Source of the DNA: Eledone cirrhosa
Taxonomy: Eukaryota
Assembly: GCA_964016885.1 (NCBI GenBank)
Contig: OZ024742.1
Coordinates: forward strand, 46,810,001-46,874,000
Direction of reading: 5' to 3'
Length of the DNA: 64,000 bases
Made by a program: the position numbers and the translations under genes. The notes below the pieces were generated by a model. It was not told where the DNA came from and ran no database searches. It saw only the letters and a program-made list of their open reading frames with translations. This document shows, piece after piece, positions 44,399-59,459 of the stretch; within the stretch, counting starts at the first letter, position 1; each line of letters opens with the position of its first letter.

Positions 44399-46355
44399 GT
44401 GGGAGCTAAGTATATGTTTTGTTTATACCTTTACTTATTTGTATAGGTAAGTATATATTACCCGTATGTTTTGTGAAGGTACGTATACCTTCTCGTACGT
44501 ATATTTGATTGTTATGGCGTATCATTTTATTTTATATATTCTGGTACATATGGTTTGTCTATGTGTATACGTGAGTTTTGCGTCTGTGTGAATATGCAGG
44601 TTCGTACGTATGTAGGGTGTGTGTATATGTGTACATCATGTTTTGGTTGACTTACGTCTCCGAACATTCGTGTATTTACATGTAGGTATGTGTGTGCACT
44701 TGTTATATACGTATTTATTTATTTTTATACGTTTATATAATTAATTATTTATTTGTATACACGCATACACACACACACATATTTATATGTGCGTGGTTTT
44801 GTATACCTATGGTATGTTTTGGCGTATGCTTGTGTATGTCCGTATTTGTTTGCGTGTATGTATTTATTTATTTCTATTACTTCCGTATTGTATTTATTTA
44901 CTTTGTTCTTAACTCTGTAGCGGAGATTCATTCGGTCTCCTAGTTAGAATTTTAGTCAACGACTTCTGCTATACCATTTACGTGATTTTGTCTTTGCGTG
45001 CTATTGTTCTCCACGGTCCACATATGACGTATTATCTTCGTTTTTTTCGTTCATTGCCAGAGAACGTCTCTATGCACCACCTAAGAGAACATTAGTCTAC
45101 GACCTCTTTTATACCATAAACGTGGTTCTGTCTTTGCGCGTAATTGTTTTTCACCGCTCCTATTTATGACGGAGTCTAAAAGACAACCACACCCAATATA
45201 AGTTACACTGGGAGATCGGTATAACGGAAATAAAAGACCATGTGACCTCTGCGCCGCTGAGGCCCTGGAAATACTCTACGCCACAGACACATCTTAAACA
45301 AAAAATCTGAGGCAATTTCGGCTTGTAAACATAAATTGCACAAAACTTTCCTGTATTACAGCCTCACGTTATACCCTAACGGATAGTACGATCTATACGT
45401 GGATATTTTACGTCTTGATGTGGGAGCTAAGTATATGTTTTTTTTATACCTTTACTTATTTGCATAGGTAAGTATATATTACCCGTATGTTTTGTGAAGG
45501 TACGTATACCTTCTCGTACGTTATTTAATTGTAATGGCGTATAATTTTATATATTCTGGTACATATAGTTTGGCTATGTGTATACGTGAGTTTTGCGTCT
45601 GTGTGAATATGCAGGTTCGTACGTATGTAGGGTGTGTGTATATGTGTACTTCATGTTTTGGTTGACTTACGTCTCCGAACATTCGTGTATTTACATGTAG
45701 GTATGTGTGTGCGCTTGTTATATACGTATTTATTTATCTATATACGTTTATATAATTATTTATTGATTTGTATACACGCATACACACACACATATTAATA
45801 TGTGCGTGGTTTTATATACCTATGGCAAGTTTTTGCGTATGCTTGTGTATGTACGTATTTATTTGCGTGTATGTATTTATTTATTTCTAATACTTCTGTA
45901 TTGTATTTAATTACTTTGTTCTTAACTCTGTAGCGGAGTTTCATTCGGTCTCCTAGTTAGAATTTTAGTCTACGACTTCTGCTATACCATTTACGTGGTT
46001 TCGTCTTTGCGTGCTATTGTTCTCCACGTTCCACATATGACGTATTATCTTCGTTTTTTTCATTCATTGCCAGAGAACGTCTCTATGCACCACCTAAGTG
46101 AACATTAGTTTACGTCTGTCTTTGCGCGTAATTGTTTTTCACCGCTCCTATTAATGACGTATTATATTCGCTTTTTCCCGTTCTTTGCCAGCGAACGTTT
46201 CCAGGAACCAAAGTATCGTCTTCCTGTCTTCCTCGGGTTGCAACGTTTTTTGAAATATCCAGTTCTGCGTTTACAGATTGACTTTGTTAGTTTCAGAAGA
46301 TCCCGTTAAGGGCGAAAGCAGCGATTCTTTGCTTAAACTTTAATCTGTTATTTTA

Positions 46356-46358
<3 letters not shown>
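44399..46358 (+). mobile_element. 5'-truncated partial-tandem PLE (pLTR, endonuclease C-terminus, pLTR)
   Basis: Direct repeats at about 44399-45170 and 45420-46160. The spacer encodes LKDNHTQYKLHWEI..CDLCAAEALEIL..LNKKSE...CKH. HHR-like motif at 46289-46339. Confidence 0.82.
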
Positions 46359-46435
<77 letters not shown>

Positions 46436-46477
46436 ATACTACGAAAAAAAAAAATATATATATATATATATATATTG

Positions 46478-47167
46478 CAGGTGTATTTTTTCAAACTGTT
46501 AGTTCTTTCGTTACTTTGGTATTGTGTGTTAGATTTTACCTGCCACGATGTTCAATTTGTGAAGCTATTTATACGTATTTTATTACTCTAAGGACCTACC
46601 CTTGTCGAGTGCTTTGATAACTCATTCATATCGTAGGTCGAATTTGCTTGCACACCGCTAAAGTTTCGATTTTATATTATTTTCTCCTAGATTTAATAAT
46701 TAACTAATTAATTTAATTAGACATATCTGTTGATTGGTTAATTATTTGTGTTTGTTTAATAACATCTGGTTGAGAGCTTATTCTGAATGTTTGCGGAAAT
46801 TATAATATTTCCTTTGTCTAACAATTTGAATGACCCGCCAAAAGCCGGGGGTTATTTCCCTTGTTGGAAATAACACGTGACATGAATACCACGATCTTGC
46901 CAGTTACGTAAGTCTGATATTTGATTTCGGATTCATAGAAACACTTTAAACGTATAACGTTTGATTTGACCAGGTGTATTTTTTCAACCTGTCAGTTCTT
47001 TCATTACTTTGGTATTGTGTGTTAGATTTTGCCTGCCACAATGTTCAATTTGTCAAGCTATTTAAACGTATGTTATTACTCTCAGGACCTAGCCTTATCG
47101 AGTGCTTTGCTAACTCATTCATATCGTAGGTCGAATTTGCTTGCACACCGCCAAAAATTTGATTTTA
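46478..47167. repeat. Partial tandem: about 195-bp direct repeats about 493 bp apart, between (TA)n tracts
   Basis: CAGGTGTATTTTTTCAA...GATTTTA at 46478-46674 and 46971-47167. Confidence 0.8.
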
Positions 47168-47177
47168 CTAAGCCTCC

Positions 47178-47260
<83 letters not shown>

Positions 47261-48093
47261 TAGTGAGAGATAGAGAGAGAGAGTGAAGAGGGGAAAGCGG
47301 AAGATAGCGATAGAGATAGAGGGGGAGAGAGAGATTATATATATATATATATGTGTGTGTGTGTATAATATGTATGTACTTTGTGAGAGAAGGAAAGAAG
47401 TGGTGTGTGTGTATGAGTGTGCATGAATAATTGCGATTACGTTTTTGTTAAAAATCTTTCACCCTATATCTACATTAAAGTCACTGCAGATACAAATCTG
47501 TATGTGTTAAGGAATTAAAGACTGCCACCATATATAAGATCCCCCCCCCCCCACCTAGTCAGCGAAAACATGAATTAGGGTCACTTGGTGTTCATAGTGT
47601 ATATATTAAACCTGCAATTTACAGAGTGTTAAGCGCTACAGTGTTCTTATTTGTGCATCCATAAACTCTTCTTGTAATCAAGAAACTGCTCTCTAGCAAA
47701 TAACAACAAATAAACAAAAAATGAAATAAAATAAAAACAAAAACGCAACACAAATACAAACAAATTTAAAGGCTGAGCTAAAATATCTTAAGCTATAATT
47801 GTTCTTTGGTCACCATGCCATGTCGTACACAGGAGATCCGTACAGTACAATGTTTATTGCATGACATAAAGGAAAGAATCTTAACGTTTCCAATGTTATT
47901 CCTTCATCGGAAGATAAAGTGAGAGGCAGGAGAAAAAATAGAGAGATAGACGAGAGTAAAAAAAACAGATAAAATGAAAAAGAAAATTACAGGAAGAGAG
48001 CATGTGTGTGTTTACAAAACTCTGTCTCTCTCTATATATATATATATAGAGAGAGAGTTGTCTAAACACACACATCCTCTCTTCCTGACTCGG

Positions 48094-48136
48094 ACCGAAC
48101 TGAAGATCCGCATAGGGTGAAACATTTGTTCTCGGT
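48094..48136 (+). ncRNA. Minimal HHR-like motif in a short insertion between microsatellites
   Basis: ACCGAA CTGAAGA TCC GCATA GGG T GAAAC ATTT GTT CTCGGT. Confidence 0.55.
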
Positions 48137-48196
48137 ATAGTGAAATAAATGTTGTGGAACTACTTATATATATATATATGTGTGTGTACATGTATG

Positions 48197-48277
<81 letters not shown>

Positions 48278-48292
48278 GTGTATACATGTATG

Positions 48293-48352
<60 letters not shown>

Positions 48353-48367
48353 GCATATATGTACATG

Positions 48368-48418
<51 letters not shown>

Positions 48419-49365
48419 GTGTGTGTGTGTGTGTTGGGGGGGGGGGGGGGTATGAGTGTCTGAGTGTCTATGTGTATGTATATATGCTGCAATAATAGAA
48501 TAATAATGAACCCTCACACCTTTTTAATGAATTCCTTTGGATGCAATTAAAATTATTGATATTGTTTACGCTAAACTTGTGCTATAGGTTGAAACAGTTA
48601 ATTGGAATTCCGCGTGGTAGATATGCGTACATCAAATATCGTGACATGTATTAATTCAGATGTAAATATAAGGCAATTAAATACATTTAGATTTCAACTA
48701 AACAATTGAAACTTGCTCTTGACAGTAATACGCCCATACTCTCCTCTCTCTACTTCTCCCCCCCCCCCCACACACACATTATAGATGATTAATGCTCTTT
48801 ATATTTAGCAATTTTACTAATTAAACTTATAACCGAATCTTTGATAAATTAATTATGTGTGATTCAATCGAAACAAATTTTTTCCGGAGCTAAGCTATCA
48901 GTTAATTCAGCGTCATCGATATATCTACAGCATTTTACTCTTTTTGTTCTTCTAAATTATAAATTCAAAATATATATTTCCAATCTAAATGGCATATTTC
49001 TCGCGACATTTCACCTTTTTATGTGTTACTTCGTATCAATATCTAAGACATTGACAACATTTTAAGCTACAGAACACTTTGTGAGATTTATATTGCTTTC
49101 ATAGGTACACAAATACAGTATATAAAACGAATGACGTAAGTGGTGAAAACAAAGGTAGTTATTTCGCATGCTATAAGATGACGTTATGTATCGATTTCAT
49201 GAGTTAAATGAAAAGATTACTTGCCGATATAGTTATGTCTGGGGGCTATGGATTATGATCATATTTTCCTAAAATAGATAAATCTGAAAATAGACCTGAA
49301 ATAATGGCTTCTACTGTAAATTGAATTACATTCAATAGTAATTATTAGGCATTCATAACGCAGTG

Positions 49366-49533
<168 letters not shown>

Positions 49534-49553
49534 TATGTACATAAGTATGGAAT

Positions 49554-49725
<172 letters not shown>

Positions 49726-49742
49726 TATATATATATTTATAT

Positions 49743-49798
<56 letters not shown>

Positions 49799-49824
49799 TG
49801 TATATATATATATATATATATAAA

Positions 49825-49856
<32 letters not shown>

Positions 49857-51189
49857 AATATAAATGTATATGTACATATATATATGTGTGTGTAAATACA
49901 ACCATATCTGTCTATGTGAATGTGTACATGTGTGTGAGTGTGTACATCTAACACGGCGAAACAATCTTAAATGTTTCACAGAACATTTTTCTGAAATGTG
50001 CTGACAAGTATGCTGACATTCCACCAAACAAGTAATTTCATTTAATAATAAATTTAAGCAATTCACTACTTTCGTGCACGAATGCGCATGCACACATTCT
50101 TGAAAGAAAACTTACAGAATCGCTACTATATCAAAAATAAATAGACCAATGTGATAAACGTAATGGGTACTACAGATTTGAGAGTCTATTTCTTCCCAAT
50201 GGATATATTAAATTCTGTTATCATTCAAATATATACTTCCTTTGAATCAACTAAAATAGATGAATATTTTAGAGACAATATTATACCATTCAAAAGCGGA
50301 GGTATATTCTGTATGTTACTGATATCGGTATTGATATTTTTCGCTGGTTAAATATGAACATGTTCGAATTACACTAGAAAGCTCGGTTCCTGTTCGCTGA
50401 GCCTCGTAATAAAGTGGAAGGTGTAAAAGGCAACGAAACACTCTAGTTCTATGCTTTAAATGTGTGAAGTTAAAATCATCACCGGGGATAACAAAATCCA
50501 AATTTGACAACTTTCTTTAGTGTGTTTAGGGGTTAAAGTTATTCATCGAAGAAATTTACACGAGGAAATCTCCTAATGACGACTGACTGTTTAAGAGTAC
50601 ATACACCGGGACATACAAGAGAATACACCGGGACCCTTAATGAGGGATATTGCTAGCTGTGGCAATATATGGGACGTCTGAGAGTTGAGGATTGGCAGAT
50701 TGAGTAGAGCACCGGATAAAATGCCACTGTGGCGTTAGTTCTGAATCTTTGTATTCTCAGTTCAAATCCCGTCGAAGTCAACGTATATCTGATCGGAGTC
50801 AACGTATATCTGACAGGAGTGTAATCCCGTAACTTAATTATACATTACATAGTATTTGACCCGATTTACTAAGTTGATATTTATCGCAATCGACTGTTAC
50901 TTACTTTCTTGCGTTTGGGATTCCTACATTTTCTAGATAGACTTTTATATATTAGTTATAGTTTCATTTATCCTTTCAAACCTGAAACTTGTTCAAAACG
51001 CCTCAAAGAAGAATCGAAACCTTCAGTTAACTCATATAGGAGTCCATTAGTATTCATTTAGCTTAGAATAAGCAATATTTTCGCCATTAAATATTTAGTA
51101 GAAAGCTTGATAATACCTTTTCGAAATATATCTACATTTTATAAAGAATGAAAAATCTAGAGTACATGACATGAAATTAGTATAGGGAT

Positions 51190-51292
51190 ATAATTGTTTC
51201 TACTTTAGGCACAAGGCCAGCAATTACCCAGTACATTACTGGTACTTTATTTTATCGACCCAAAGTTAACCTCAGCGGGATTTGAACTCAGA
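51190..51292 (-). mobile_element. SINE fragment (another fragment at about 50686-50782, +)
   Basis: Reverse complement of the SINE 3' half (AATTGTTTCTACTTTAGGCACAAGGCCAGC...GGATTTGAACTCAG). Confidence 0.75.
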
Positions 51293-52789
51293 CGATATAA
51301 TGGTTAGTGTTTATGGATAAAACAACTCCTGCGAGGTTTCTTGTTGTTATGTATATCAGTATCATCATTTTACAAATCTTAACAACTTATAAAATATGTA
51401 CATAAATGAGAGCTAAAGGAGAAATATTTGATACAGATATTTTTTCGAACTTTTGTTAACCTATTTATAAATTCTATTGAACCCATAATAATGTAATACC
51501 ATGTGAATATAAATCAATCATTTTCAAAGATATATTTTGTCTACGTCATTTTTGTTAAACGTTATATCATAAAACTACTAAAAATGACATTGCTTACTTT
51601 ATTTATTATACCAATTTCCTACTTCTATCGATTTTTTTCTATTTTCAATAACTTGGAAAGCCGGACCATTATAATTTATATTCCCCTACACTTGGTTAGA
51701 AAGAGAGCTTTATGTACCTACCAAATATCAATGTATTCTGGGTTTCGTGGCTGCAGGTCACAAGGTCGGAGATTTATGTCACGACTGTGCAATTATTTAC
51801 TGGTTTGTTTGGTCAATATCTGAAAATGTTATTGAATAAACATATAAAGTCAAGAACTACTGTGTTTTACAATGCGATTCAAATCACTGATATATTGATA
51901 CTTTTATTGCATTTTTACTTTTTATACTTTTTTGTTATCAAATACAAATATTGTGTTCGACCTAAAACGAATGTCAAGACTCAGAAATATTTTTAAATCA
52001 GTGTAAACATCGAATACAATTAGCAATTAATATAATATACGATTCAATACTGTTATGAAAATTTACATTATAATTGATATTTGTATCATTTATATTTTAT
52101 TACTATTGTTGTTATTGTTGTTGTTGTTATTATATTTATAACAATGAAGATGATGATAATAACAACAACAATAATAATAATAATAATAATAATAGTAATA
52201 ATAATAATAATAATAAAGACAATGATGATAATTATTATTATTTTGTTCGTTCGCTTGTCGACACGTGTTGCACATTGCTCCTGTAGGTTTTGATAATATT
52301 TCTGTTGTTATCCACCGATATATATTGAACATTTATTACCATTTTATAGATAAACTAACCACAACCTTAAGGAGCTAGTTAGCTTTTTTCAATCTGTAGC
52401 TCTTAAGGGCTTAACTAGGGTTGGCGTAGTGAACACGCCCGTCAATGTTTGTTAAACATAGAAAGATGGCCGAATAATAATCTTCGTCCGCTGGAAAAGA
52501 AGAGCCACCTATCTCCAGAACAGAACGGGGAAACTGTAAAAGTTTATGGCAGCAGCATCGGTAGCGTCAACAAAAAATGACAGTAACGGTGGCAGTGACA
52601 GCGACAGCAGTAGCAGCAGCAGCGACAGTGACAGCATCAGTGGCAGCAAACGCGGCGGTGTTGACAACAACACAGCAGCACCTCAACCACAAGCAACATA
52701 ACCACGGCAACAAAAATAACACAAACAGTGCCGGCAACATTTTCAGGGTGACAATTGCTCCCGTCATCGCCCGCTTAACTAATTAACTG

Positions 52790-53600
52790 AACCAGTCTCT
52801 GTAAGCTTTGCGCCCTGCAAGGGATGCGTTCAGCTTCCAGTAATCGCGTCCCTGTCTATGAAGTCTATCTATGTCGAGTGTAAAAGTCCCAAATTTGTGG
52901 TTTGTGTAGTTGAATACTTTGAGCTATGGACAGCCTATGCTGGCCTTATTTACTTCCCTACAGAATATCCTATTTAGATCCTGGATGAGCCGATGAGGTT
53001 TCGTCATGCCCACATTGGCACATTCGTAAAATCCGCTCGGTACCTGTCAGACATTTGTAGATGTCAGAGTAGGTTTGCGAGGATTTTACACTCTCCTCCT
53101 CCCATATCTGCTTACCGTACATAGTCTCCTGGGGTGTCTAAGATACGGATTCAATTGAACGCTAACACTAAAGCGCTGGACATTCCTAGAAATGTCTCCA
53201 GATGCCTGAAGAAATCCGACCGTGCTGCACTTATCAAGGCATATACATCCACTATCCTGAATACATGCTCTACGCTGCTGGTCACCTTTAGCACCACCAA
53301 TTACCTTCTGGAACGAGAAGATTGTCTGTATCATGATATCCAGGCTTTTCCCAAATAACACAGCGTTTCCGTTCCCAGGTCCAGGACAGTTTGGAAATGC
53401 ATACATCCCGTCGCCGCAAACAATGGGTGCAAAAATTCGTTCGTCGGGAATTCTGGTCTTACTGATAACCACCACATCCATTTTAGTGACTTGAGGTCGT
53501 TAAGCAGGCGGGACTGCTTCCATAACGACCCCAGACTACGGGCATTTTCACTGCCTATCCTGATTGAAGCCATATTCGGTGAGGAGGAAAAAGTGGGAAA
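52790..53600 (-). pseudogene. L1/Tx1-like LINE APE endonuclease fragment
   Basis: MASIRIGSENARSL....K...LLNDLK then DVVVISKT resembles the start of an APE domain. Heavily frameshifted. Confidence 0.6.
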
Positions 53601-53674
53601 GACCACCAAACTTAGTCTTTTAGGGGAAGGATGGCTGCTCCATCCCTCCGGCCAGTTGTGGGTTCCTTGACATG

Positions 53675-54238
53675 ATAATTGTTTCTACTTTAGGCACAAG
53701 GCCATCAATTTGAAGGGGGGGGGGGGATGTCGATTAAATCGACCCCAGTGCTTACTGGTACTTTATTTTATAGACCCCATAAGGATGAAAGGTTAAGCTA
53801 ACCTCTGCAGGATTTGAAATCAGAAGGTAAATGGCCATAGCTCTATACTACAAAGCATGGTTTCGACGCTATACCGATACTAGCAATCCATCGCACTTAA
53901 AATGATAAAAATTGTTTCTACTTTTGGTACAAGGCCAGCAATTATCCCAGTGTATTAGTGGTACTTTATTTTATCGACCCCGTATGGATGGAAGGCAAAG
54001 TTAACCTCGGTGGGATTTGAACTTATAATTATAATAATGGTTTCTAATTTAGGCACAAGACCAGCAATTATTGGGGAGGGAAAAAACTGATTAAATCGAT
54101 CACAGTGCATTAATAGTGCTTATTTTATCGCCCCGTAAGGATGAAAGACAAAGCTAACCTCGTCAGGATTTGAACTCAGAACGTAAAGGGCCATAGCTCT
54201 ATGTCCCAAAGCAAGGTGTCTGACGTTTTACCGATGAT
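53675..54238 (-). mobile_element. Three adjacent same-orientation SINE copies
   Basis: SINE 3' ends at about 53675, 53908 and 54032, each followed by GGATGAAAG..AACCTC..GGATTTGAA. Confidence 0.8.
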
Positions 54239-54588
54239 AATAATATTAGTCTTATTTTTATTGCGTGACAGCATTGCGTTACCGAGTATAGGACTGTGTG
54301 CCTTGGGTGTCTGCTGTATTGTTGTTGCGGTTGTTTCTTCTGTATTGGGCATACTCAACGCAATATGCACACAAAGCATAGTAGTGCTATTTACTCTATA
54401 CTGTATATATTTGTATCCTTCGGGATTTGGATTATATATATGACTGTGTGTTGTTTTATCGTTCCGAGTGCGCCGATTATTATAGGGATTGTTTCTGTTT
54501 TTATCATCCACATTTGAATTATTTCTATATTTAGATTTTTATATCTGGATAAATTCTCAATTTCGGTGATAGATATATTGTAGCTTTG

Positions 54589-54637
<49 letters not shown>

Positions 54638-55079
54638 GTTATTCCGGGTTGAATCGGAGGTAACCACAGTAAGTAAGGTACTCAATACATAGCAGAGTGT
54701 AACAGTTTTAATATAGATGAGATTCTACAGGACTAGAACTGTTTCATTCATTAGAAATCATCAGGAATCTGGGTATCAAAAAATAAATATGGTATTGATA
54801 GGTCTCTACAAGTGGTAGGAGAGGGTGGGGAGTGGGATGGGTGCAGGTCATTGTTCTTTTAAACTTCTCTTAAACTAATCAACTATATGCCAAAAATCAA
54901 CAGACACGTTCACAAAAAAAACAAAAAAACACATACTCACTCACACACTTACGCGCAACCATAAACACACACACAAACACATATACACACATAAAACCAC
55001 ACACACATATATAAAAATATAAATATATATTCATGTACACACACATACATACACACATACATACATACATACATATATA

Positions 55080-55158
<79 letters not shown>

Positions 55159-55319
55159 TATACAGATACACACACACATACACATACATACACACACACA
55201 CACATATACACACAAATAAATACACTCACACGCATACATACAAACACGAATATACATGTATATACACACAAATACACATAGACATATATACATACACATA
55301 CACAGACACATATACACAC

Positions 55320-55412
<93 letters not shown>

Positions 55413-56126
55413 TATACACACATATATATATATACACACATACACACATACATACATACATACACATACATATATACACACACATACGTATACATATATA
55501 TATATACACATATATACACATATACATTTCTTTTAAACTTCTCTTAAACTAATCAACTATATGCCAAAAATCAACAGACACATTCACAAAAAAACAAAAA
55601 AACACATACTCACTCACACACTTACGCGCAACCATAAACACACACACAAACACACGAAGATAATAGTAATATATGCACTCAGTATTTTGAATCTGTCTGC
55701 AGAATTCTCTAGACCTTTGTCACTTAGTAGAACCTTAATGACTTTAGCTTTTAAAGAATCTCCCTTTTCTTTAATTCTATCGACCATGAATGACCCCCCA
55801 CTGATTTTATAGACACCTGTTAGCTTAAGAGAAACTTATTGACAAGGAATGGTATGCCATCCGGAACCTGTTTATAGAATTCTGTCTGCCCTTGTTACTC
55901 TAAAAACATAAATAAATAAAAATAAAAATAAACTATAGCTTTGTAGAATTAGCTTTTAATGAATTCCCTTTTCTATCAACCAATGACCTGCACCCATCCC
56001 ACTCCCCACCCTCTCCTACCACTTGTAGAGACCTATAAATACCATATTTATTTGTTGATACCCAGATTCCTGATGATTTCTAATGAATGAAACAGTTCTA
56101 GTCCTGTAGAATCTCATCTATATTAA

Positions 56127-56130
<4 letters not shown>
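54638..56130. mobile_element. Non-coding rearranged PLE derivative (family A) with inverted pLTRs
   Basis: About 54705-54852 is inverted relative to 55981-56130. There is an internal direct duplication (54855-54980 and 55528-55654), and (TA)n flanks. Confidence 0.8.
56064..56113 (+). ncRNA. Type I HHR, canonical core (inverted copy 54721-54770)
   Basis: AGATTC CTGATGA TTTC TAAT GAAT GAA ACAG TTCTAGTC CTGT A GAATCT. Confidence 0.85.
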
Positions 56131-56169
<39 letters not shown>

Positions 56170-56174
<5 letters not shown>

Positions 56175-57145
56175 GCCAGAATTAATAACAACACACTCAC
56201 TGTTTGGTTGGTTTTCGCTTCTGTCTCTTTTATATCGGTTAATTTAATTTATTCGGTCCTCAATGTTACCATTGACTGACGAACGGTCAAAAATACAGAT
56301 ACAATATAGACACAAATACATATATATAGTCTAACAAAGTTCTTTCGTTGCACATCTGCATCATCGTGTTTGGGTGACTGTGTATTGGTTATTGTATTCT
56401 ATCTTAGTTTACTAGTGTGTTTATATGTGTTTGTTGTTATTGTGCTTGTGTATGTATTTATTTATTTATTTATACTTCTCTTAGGTCAGTGTTGTTTGTT
56501 TGAGTGTTGTTGTTATTCCATTCATTTTTTTCTGTTTAGCTTTGGCCTTCTAAGTTCTATTTCGCTGGCCTCTCTGATTTGGCTATCTGCTGGGTCATTT
56601 CTATGTTTAGATATTATTCTAATTTCTATATTGTCTATGTTACCGTCGTGTTGTTGTCTGGCATGTTCGTATAGTACATACACAAGCACAATAACAACAA
56701 ACACATATAAAAACACTAGTAAACTAAGATAGAATACAATAACCAATACACTGTCTCCCAAACACGAACACACATCAAATAAAACACCATACACACGCAA
56801 ACGCATGCGCAGAGAAGAAAAACAAACAACAAATAAATAAACAAATAAATAAACAGACTAAATAAAGATGGCGTAGGCATACAATACAACGGGAGGAAAC
56901 AGAATAGCACCACTGACGATGTTGCAGATGTGCAACGAAAGAACTTTGTTAGACTATATATATGTGTTTGTGTCTATATTGTATCTGTATTTTTGACAGT
57001 TGGTCAGTCAATGGTAACATTGAGGACCGAATAAATTAAATTAACCGATATAAAAGACACAGAAGCGAAAACCAACCAACCAGTGAGCGTGTTCTGTTAT
57101 TATTTCTGGCAATATTATTACACAAATATGACCCTCCCCAAGTAT

Positions 57146-57150
<5 letters not shown>
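56170..57150. mobile_element. Doubly inverted pLTR-like element (family E)
   Basis: Outer arms at about 56170-56365 and 56920-57117; inner arms at about 56366-56455 and 56673-56765. HHR-like CTGACGA..GTTGCA/TGCAAC..GAAA at about 56913-56950. The terminal segment also occurs at 28931-28980. Confidence 0.7.
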
Positions 57151-57201
<51 letters not shown>

Positions 57202-57203
<2 letters not shown>

Positions 57204-57605
57204 AATAGAATGAAACGAAATTTCATTTCTCACTCTTAGTACGGCACTTACTTAAATGTAAGTATGTATGTATACGTACATACATATATGTATAGAGACG
57301 TACAGTAGTATGTATATATATACATACATGAACACATATATATATATGCACGTATCACGTATCAGTTTACCGAACATTTATTATGATGCAAATTAGGCTG
57401 CTCAGCCGTTAATATGCATAAGGAAAGTATATACTTTCAGACGTTCAACAATCTGGCAGGAAGGTATACGATGCTGACGATATCTAATAAGCTTGAAACT
57501 AGTACATCATGCATATATATATGTGTGCATGTATGTATATATATACATACTACTGTACGTCTGTATACATATATGTATGTACGTATACATACATACTTAC
57601 ATATA
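57202..57605. mobile_element. Fold-back element (family D) with HHR motif at 57470-57508
   Basis: GATG CTGACGA TATCTAATAAGCTT GAAAC TA GTA CATC (weak stem II). Arms at about 57255-57349 and 57510-57602. Confidence 0.7.
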
Positions 57606-57624
57606 TATATATATATATATATAT

Positions 57625-59459
57625 AGTTGGGTGCGGATGCATTCATGTATATATGTGTGTGTCCGCATGTATCTGTGTGTTTCTAAATGTATTAATAACT
57701 CCCTCTGGTCGAGCAATCTTTGAAGTGTGGGGACAACTGGAAAGCTTCCATTACTCATACTTCTCGCCTTCTTCACTACCTCTTCTACGGCCTCGATATG
57801 AATACCCCCTCCGCCTCCGTGGTATTTTTTTCGTGGTTATAAGAGGCTTAGCTCTGTTTCTCGACCGTTATATCGCGTGACTATCTCCCCCTCCGCCTTT
57901 TGGGATTCTTTCTCACGTCGTGTAGACGCGTTCTTGAGACTAGTAAAATGAGGTATCCTCTTGATAAGTCGGCAGACCTCGCAAGGACTCTATATCTTTG
58001 ATATATTGTTTTTGTTTATGCCACGAAACTACGTAGTCGAGGAATTTAGGAACAGTTTAGGTATGATACATTTTATTACTAATTATATCTAAATGTTTCT
58101 TCTCTCTTCATAATGTATTTTTAACTCTGATACTGGTTCAGTCTGGTTCAAACTGAATTGGTCTGTCCCAGTCATTCATTGAGCAACATCGGTGAAGTTG
58201 GCACCCTTAACTCACAGTTGGGTGCGGATGCATTCATGTATATATGTGTGTGTCCGCATGTATCTGTGTGTTTCTAAATGTATTAATAACTCCCTCTGGT
58301 CGAGCAATCTTTGAAGTGTGGGGACAACTGGAAAGCTTCCATTACTCATACTTCTCGCCTTCTTCACTACCTCTTCTACGGCCTCGATATGAATACCCCC
58401 TCCGCCTCCGTGGTATTTTTTTCGTGGTTATAAGAGGCTTAGCTCTGTTTCTCGACCGTTATATCGCGTGACTATCTCCCCCTCCGCCTTTTGGGATTCT
58501 TTCTCACGTCGTGTAGACGCGTTCTTGAGACTAGTAAAATGAGGTATCCTCTTGATAAGTCGGCAGACCTCGCAAGGACTCTATATCTTTGATATATTGT
58601 TTTTGTTTATGCCACGAAACTACGTAGTCGAGGAATTTAGGAACAGTTTAGGTATGATACATTTTATTACTAATTATATCTAAATGTTTCTTCTCTCTTC
58701 ATAATGTATTTTTAACTCTGATACTGGTTCAGTCTGGTTCAAACTGAATTGGTCTGTCCCAGTCATTCATTGAGCAACATCGGTGAAGTTGGCACCCTTA
58801 ACTCACAGTTGGGTGCGGATGCATTCATGTATATATGTGTGTGTCCGCATGTATCTGTGTGTTTCTAAATGTATTAATAACTCCCTCTGGTCGAGCAATC
58901 TTTGAAGTGTGGGGACAACTGGAAAGCTTCCATTACTCATACTTCTCGCCTTCTTCACTACCTCTTCTACGGCCTCGATATGAATACCCCCTCCGCCTCC
59001 GTGGTATTTTTTTCGTGGTTATAAGAGGCTTAGCTCTGTTTCTCGACCGTTATATCGCGTGACTATCTCCCCCTCCGCCTTTTGGGATTCTTTCTCACGT
59101 CGTGTAGACGCGTTCTTGAGACTAGTAAAATGAGGTATCCTCTTGATAAGTCGGCAGACCTCGCAAGGACTCTATATCTTTGATATATTGTTTTTGTTTA
59201 TGCCACGAAACTACGTAGTCGAGGAATTTAGGAACAGTTTAGGTATGATACATTTTATTACTAATTATATCTAAATGTTTCTTCTCTCTTCATAATGTAT
59301 TTTTAACTCTGATACTGGTTCAGTCTGGTTCAAACTGAATTGGTCTGTCCCAGTCATTCATTGAGCAACATCGGTGAAGTTGGCACCCTTAACTCACAGT
59401 TGGGTGCGGATGCATTCATGTATATATGTGTGTGTCCGCATGTATCTGTGTGTTTCTAA

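Noticed and set aside
52567-52786. Ala/Thr/Val-rich ORFs
   Set aside because: Low-complexity GCA/ACA triplet-like repeats next to a LINE fragment, with no evidence of a gene.
57509-59062. Repeated 75-aa ORF in the 591-bp array
   Set aside because: It starts in a simple-repeat patch and has no recognisable motif. It cannot be supported as coding, although translation from a circle is not formally excluded.
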